Of a stretch of 32,000 nt of DNA, positions 27,440 to 32,000 are shown piece by piece (the first letter of the stretch is position 1; every line of letters begins with the position of its first letter). This DNA comes from Mycobacterium tuberculosis H37Rv. GTDB taxonomy: Bacteria; Actinomycetota; Actinomycetes; Mycobacteriales; Mycobacteriaceae. The stretch covers positions 840,001-872,000 of the forward strand of contig NC_000962.3 of assembly GCF_000195955.2 (NCBI RefSeq), in the 5' to 3' direction. The notes beneath the pieces were generated by a model. That model was not told the origin of the DNA. It ran no database searches and saw nothing but the letters and a program-made list of their open reading frames with translations. The position numbers were made by a program, and so were the translations under genes.

Positions 27440-28351
27440 TTAACCTGTGAGCAGCGGCGCGAACCAGGTCAGCTCGGCGGGTAGCTGTGCGCTCCAGAAC
27501 CCACCGTTGTGCCCGCCAGGGGAGAAGCCGCCCGCCGGCGGGTGGGGCAGCTGCGCCACGAACTGCTTGGTTGCGGCATAAAACGGATCGCTGTTGCCGC
27601 AATCGACCCGGATCGGGATGGACCCCAATGCGGGGAGTCCGAAAACCGAGTTCGCCGACCAGTCGTCGGGTCCGTCGAAGGAGCCGGGTGCGACGGAACC
27701 GGCGGATAGCCACAGTGCCGGGCTGACCGCGCAGATCGCTGCGGTGCGTGCCGGTCCAAGGCGGCTGCCGAGCAGCAAAGCGCCGTAGCCGCCCATCGAC
27801 CAGCCCAGAAACGCTACCCGGGAGGTGTCCAGCCGCTGGGTGTCCAATAGCGGAATGAGCTCGTTGAGCACCATTGCCCCCGCGTCCTCGCCAGAAGCCC
27901 GCTGGTGCCAGTAGCTGCTGCCTCCGTCCACGGAGACCACCGCGAACGGTGGCAACCCGGCGTTGACGGCCTGGGCCAGGCCCTGCTCGACGCCGCCGTC
28001 CATCACGGCCGATGCGCTACCGCCCAAGCCGTGCAGTGCGATCACGGGCCGCAACGCCTGGGTCTGGCCGGGTGGGCGGGCGATGGCCCAGTTGGTCATC
28101 TTCCCGGCGCGCGCTGCCGACACGAACGAGCCGGTGGACATCGTCGGCGCCGCCTGAGCCGGGGGGGCCGGATCGAGTGCTGGTGTCGGCGCCAATGGAA
28201 CGTTTGTGCCAATCGCCGCCGCCGGTGCGGCATGTGAAGTTCGGGGCTGCAACAGCATGTCGATCGCATATGCTGAGGTAGCGCCAAGGACCGTGCCGGC
28301 GCCGAGACCGAGCACGGCGCGGCGGCTCAACTCTGGCATGCGGGCCATCAT
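27440..28351 (-). CDS. Rv0774c: Secreted serine esterase with Tat-type signal peptide
   Basis: About 303 aa. The start is ambiguous among adjacent ATGs at 28351, 28348 and 28339. It has the twin-arginine motif SRRAVLGLGAG, a Pro/Ala linker and the GxSxG motif GWSMGG. Confidence 0.8.
   Translation of the reverse strand: MMARMPELSRRAVLGLGAGTVLGATSAYAIDMLLQPRTSHAAPAAAIGTNVPLAPTPALDPAPPAQAAPTMSTGSFVSAARAGKMTNWAIARPPGQTQALRPVIALHGLGGSASAVMDGGVEQGLAQAVNAGLPPFAVVSVDGGSSYWHQRASGEDAGAMVLNELIPLLDTQRLDTSRVAFLGWSMGGYGALLLGSRLGPARTAAICAVSPALWLSAGSVAPGSFDGPDDWSANSVFGLPALGSIPIRVDCGNSDPFYAATKQFVAQLPHPPAGGFSPGGHNGGFWSAQLPAELTWFAPLLTG
28161..28167. repeat. G7/C7 homopolymer tract inside the Rv0774c coding sequence
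   Basis: Seven G on the plus strand, which is gcC CCC CCg in the coding strand and encodes the APP of ...ALDPAPPAQAAP.... Confidence 0.95.
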
Positions 28352-28406
28352 GCCATGGACGTTTGGCCGAATTGGCAATGCAGTACCACTTTGACTGGCA
28401 GCATGG

Positions 28407-29030
28407 ATGGGCGTGACAGCAGCGGTCACTCCAAAAGGAGAACGTCGGCGGTATGCGTTGGTCAGCGCCGCCGCGGAGCTGCTCGGCGAGGGCGGGTTCG
28501 AGGCGGTACGCCACCGGGCGGTGGCGCGGCGGGCCGGTTTGCCGTTGGCGTCTACCACCTACTACTTCTCGTCGCTCGACGATTTGATCGCTCGCGCGGT
28601 CGAACACATCGGAATGATCGAGGTGGCTCAGCTGCGAGCCCGGGTCAGTGCGCTGTCCCGGCGACGTCGGGGGCCCGAGACCACCGCCGTTGTGCTGGTT
28701 GACCTGCTGGTGGGGGAAATGTCCAGTCCGGGGCTTGCCGAGCAGCTGATCTCACGATACGAGCGCCATATCGCCTGTACCCGCCTGCCTGACCTGCGCG
28801 AAAGCATGCGCCGCAGCCTGCGTCAGCGCGCTGAGGCCGTGGCCGAGGCCATCGAGCGCTCCGGCCGCTCCGCACAGATCGAACTGGTGTGTACGTTGAT
28901 CTGTGCGGTCGACGGATCGGTGGTCTCGGCGCTGGTCGAAGGGCGGGACCCGCGTGCCGCTGCGCTGGCGACGGTGGTCGACCTCATCGACGTGCTCGCG
29001 CCCGTCGACCAGCGTCCGGTGCCGTTCTGA
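28407..29030 (+). CDS. Rv0775: TetR-family transcriptional regulator
   Basis: 207 aa with the HTH FEAVRHRAVARRAGLPLASTTYYFSSLDDL. It is divergent from Rv0774c across a 55-nt intergenic region. Confidence 0.8.
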   Translation: MGVTAAVTPKGERRRYALVSAAAELLGEGGFEAVRHRAVARRAGLPLASTTYYFSSLDDLIARAVEHIGMIEVAQLRARVSALSRRRRGPETTAVVLVDLLVGEMSSPGLAEQLISRYERHIACTRLPDLRESMRRSLRQRAEAVAEAIERSGRSAQIELVCTLICAVDGSVVSALVEGRDPRAAALATVVDLIDVLAPVDQRPVPF

Positions 29031-29763
29031 AGTCGGTGGGCAGCGACGGCGTGACAATGTACCCGGTGGTGAAGTCCCCATAGATCGTGACATCGGCGGG
29101 CCGGCGTTGGGCGTACAACGCCACGTAGGCGCATACGACGGCGTCGATCGGATCCTCGGCGGCCCGCAGGTCGCTTTTTCGCTGCGCGACCGTCACCTGC
29201 CGGCGCAACGAGACCCAATCCGGCTGACCGGCTACCTGCATCCGAACCCCGGCCTGGGCGAGCCCCTCGACGCCGTCCATCAGTCGCAATAGCTCCGATT
29301 TGAGCAGGTCAACGCTGCGTCCCGGCTTGGCCTTGTACTTCAGCGCGCGGGGTAGCCGAAACAGCGCCACCGTAGCCGGGTGCGGATAGACCTCGATGGC
29401 CCGCCGCGTGGCGGACGAAAGAGGATCCATATCCAGCGCCAGTTGGCGGGCCAGCCGGGCGGCGCGTGGAACGTCGGCAAACTCGGGCTTTTCGGTGTTG
29501 GCCGGATACGCGCCGGCCTCGAATTGTCGGAAGTCTCGATTCAGTGCGGCCTCCGCCGGCCGCTGGCCGGTGCGGTTGGCCACCACCAGCGGCGCGTCGA
29601 AGGCGACCAGGCAATCGCCCACAACGTAGGGCCGCAGCGCCGCCAGCACGGAGGCATCGTCGCGAGCGGCACCGACCCCCACCAGACACCCGTCCGCGTC
29701 GACAGCCGCGACACCGGTCGGATTGCGGCCGGCCCAGGCGAGGTCCACGCCGACGAAGTACAT
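28984..29763 (-). CDS. Rv0776c: DUF429-like conserved hypothetical protein (predicted RNase H-like fold)
   Basis: 259 aa. The N-terminus MYFVGVDLAWAGRNPTGVAAVD is typical of DUF429. Its 3' end overlaps the Rv0775 3' end by 47 nt. Confidence 0.7.
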   Translation of the reverse strand: MYFVGVDLAWAGRNPTGVAAVDADGCLVGVGAARDDASVLAALRPYVVGDCLVAFDAPLVVANRTGQRPAEAALNRDFRQFEAGAYPANTEKPEFADVPRAARLARQLALDMDPLSSATRRAIEVYPHPATVALFRLPRALKYKAKPGRSVDLLKSELLRLMDGVEGLAQAGVRMQVAGQPDWVSLRRQVTVAQRKSDLRAAEDPIDAVVCAYVALYAQRRPADVTIYGDFTTGYIVTPSLPTDFRTAPDAGRRARARR

Positions 29764-30007
29764 CTGCCCAGGGTATGGCGGGGCCGCGGCGTATGTGCTG
29801 TGGTGTCACATCCGTCACTTGCGCCTCTGTCAGAGGGATGCGCGTTGTGCCCGTCTCATAGCGACATCGCCCGGGCGGCACCGGGACCGGGCGTTGCCGA
29901 GTTGTCGCGATGAGTCGGGCACATCGGGTGCTCCCTGGCGCCGGGACTCGTGTGACAACTGCGACTACTAGGCCCGCGACCGTAAGCTGTGTCTTTGTGA
30001 GGGCCAA

Positions 30008-31426
30008 GTGAGCATTCCCAACGTGCTGGCCACCCGATACGCCAGCGCCGAGATGGTCGCGATCTGGTCGCCGGAGGCCAAGGTGGTCTCGGAGCGGCGG
30101 TTATGGCTGGCCGTATTGCGGGCACAGGCAGAGCTGGGGGTAGCGGTTGCCGATTCGGTGCTCGCCGACTACGAACGTGTGGTCGACGATGTGGACTTGG
30201 CCTCGATCTCAGCCCGGGAGCGGGTGCTGCGCCACGATGTCAAGGCCCGCATCGAGGAATTCAACGCATTGGCCGGTCATGAGCACGTGCACAAGGGGAT
30301 GACCAGCCGCGACCTGACCGAGAACGTGGAGCAACTGCAGATTCGGCGGTCGCTGGAAGTGATTTTCGCCCATGGGGTGGCGGCGGTGGCGCGGCTGGCC
30401 GAGCGGGCGGTGAGCTACCGTGACCTGATCATGGCCGGGCGCAGCCACAACGTGGCCGCTCAGGCCACCACCTTGGGCAAGCGGTTCGCCTCGGCGGCCC
30501 AAGAGATGATGATCGCGTTGAGGCGGTTGAGGGAGTTGATCGACCGCTACCCCCTGCGTGGCATCAAGGGCCCGATGGGCACCGGTCAGGACATGCTCGA
30601 TCTGCTGGGCGGTGACCGTGCGGCGCTGGCCGATCTCGAGCGGCGCGTCGCCGACTTCTTGGGCTTTGCAACTGTTTTCAACAGCGTGGGGCAGGTGTAT
30701 CCGCGTTCATTGGACCACGACGTGGTTTCGGCTCTGGTGCAGCTCGGCGCGGGGCCGTCATCACTGGCACACACGATTCGATTGATGGCCGGCCACGAGC
30801 TCGCCACCGAGGGTTTCGCGCCGGGTCAGGTCGGTTCGTCGGCGATGCCGCACAAGATGAACACCCGCAGCTGCGAACGGGTCAACGGGCTGCAGGTTGT
30901 GCTACGCGGCTATGCATCCATGGTGGCCGAGTTAGCCGGTGCACAGTGGAACGAGGGTGATGTGTTTTGCTCCGTGGTGCGCCGGGTTGCGTTGCCGGAC
31001 AGCTTCTTTGCCGTCGACGGGCAGATCGAGACGTTTTTGACGGTGCTGGACGAGTTCGGCGCCTACCCGGCGGTGATCGGCCGCGAGTTGGATCGTTATC
31101 TGCCGTTCCTGGCCACCACTAAGGTGCTAATGGCGGCCGTGCGCGCGGGGATGGGTCGCGAGTCCGCGCACCGGTTGATCTCCGAGCACGCGGTGGCGAC
31201 GGCGCTGGCCATGCGAGAACACGGCGCGGAGCCCGACCTGCTGGACCGGTTGGCCGCCGATCCGCGGCTGACGCTGGGACGAGACGCTTTGGAGGCCGCG
31301 CTGGCCGACAAGAAGGCATTTGCCGGTGCCGCGGGTGACCAGGTCGATGATGTGGTCGCGATGGTGGACGCGCTGGTGAGCCGTTACCCGGACGCGGCTA
31401 AATACACGCCGGGTGCAATTCTTTAG
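30008..31426 (+). CDS. purB: Adenylosuccinate lyase
   Basis: 472 aa with a GTG start and the fumarate-lyase signature [10 protein letters not shown]. Confidence 0.95.
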
Positions 31427-31430
31427 TGTC

Positions 31431-32000
31431 ATGACTACCGCCGCCGGGCTTTCGGGCATCGATCTGACCGATCTGGACAACTTCGCCGACGGCTTCCCCC
31501 ATCACCTCTTCGCCATCCACCGTCGTGAAGCGCCGGTGTATTGGCATCGGCCGACCGAGCACACCCCGGACGGGGAGGGCTTCTGGTCGGTGGCTACCTA
31601 CGCCGAAACCCTTGAGGTGTTACGTGATCCGGTGACCTATTCGTCGGTCACCGGGGGCCAACGTCGGTTTGGGGGCACGGTGCTGCAGGATCTGCCGGTC
31701 GCCGGCCAGGTGCTCAACATGATGGATGATCCCCGGCACACCCGTATCCGGCGGTTGGTCAGCTCGGGCTTGACACCACGGATGATCCGGCGGGTCGAAG
31801 ACGATCTGCGCCGCCGGGCGCGTGGATTGCTCGATGGCGTAGAACCCGGAGCGCCTTTCGACTTCGTGGTCGAGATCGCTGCCGAATTGCCCATGCAGAT
31901 GATCTGCATTCTGCTGGGTGTGCCGGAGACGGATCGACATTGGTTGTTCGAGGCGGTTGAGCCGGGATTCGATTTCCGCGGCTCCCGCAGGGCGACGATG
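31431..32000 (+). CDS. cyp126: Cytochrome P450, N-terminal 190 codons (continues beyond the window)
   Basis: The ATG at 31431 lies 4 nt after the purB stop. The frame stays open to the window end and reads [39 protein letters not shown]...[15 protein letters not shown] (P450 helix-C motif). It is absent from the ORF track because no stop is reached. Confidence 0.85.

Noticed and set aside
27390-27713. 108-aa extension of ggtA, and similarly the 69-aa extension of Rv0774c (28352..28558) and the 62-aa extension of cyp51 (18038..18223)
   Set aside because: All are Arg-rich and lack family features, and they overlap neighbouring genes or intergenic promoters. Internal starts give products that begin with recognisable N-termini (Ntn-hydrolase body, Tat signal, P450 N-terminus).
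29764-30007. Possible purine/ZTP-type riboswitch in the 244-nt region upstream of purB
   Set aside because: I could not find the conserved cores of the ZTP (pfl) or purine riboswitch, only scattered CCGGG repeats and a short CCTCTG/CAGAGG hairpin. A covariance-model scan (Rfam/Infernal) would be needed to settle this.

Overview
High-GC actinobacterial chromosome that I recognise as Mycobacterium tuberculosis complex, collinear with H37Rv Rv0747-Rv0778. From memory this is about 840-872 kb, since phoP at 11608 would match H37Rv 851608; I cannot verify that here. In order, the window holds: the 3' end of a PE_PGRS gene; the vapBC31 toxin-antitoxin pair; a frameshifted transposase relic; the orphan Rv0750; the valine-catabolism operon mmsA-fadE9-mmsB; PE_PGRS11 (a PE-PGRS-histidine phosphatase fusion); PPE12 (MPTR type); tRNA-Thr(UGU) with an IS fragment and a decayed copy of its own 3' half; the repeat protein Rv0756c; and phoP-phoR. 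Next comes a long minus-strand redox gene string (TetR Rv0767c, cyp123, an SDR, cyp51, ferredoxin, Rv0762c, adhB, Rv0760c, HIT Rv0759c), which is divergent from aldA-Rv0769-Rv0770-Rv0771-purD. The window ends with ggtA, the Tat-signal esterase Rv0774c with divergent TetR Rv0775, the DUF429 protein Rv0776c, purB and the 5' part of cyp126. I found no rRNA, CRISPR array or intact mobile element. Most ORFs in the six-frame track are alternate-frame or antisense artefacts of the high GC content, and several true genes start well inside the listed ORF. The observations most worth following up are these. (1) The TetR-headed divergon with two P450s, whose substrate is unknown, together with a repeated GGACA-N2-TGTCC palindrome in its control region. 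(2) The att-like scar at tRNA-Thr. (3) Two long homopolymer tracts, C9 at 14253 (intergenic) and G7 at 28161 (inside the esterase gene). (4) A 28-bp-stem hairpin shared by the convergent genes Rv0750 and mmsB. (5) The decapeptide-repeat protein Rv0756c and phased direct repeats plus a uORF in front of phoP. Nothing here can be shown to be truly novel from sequence alone. All functional proposals are inferences.
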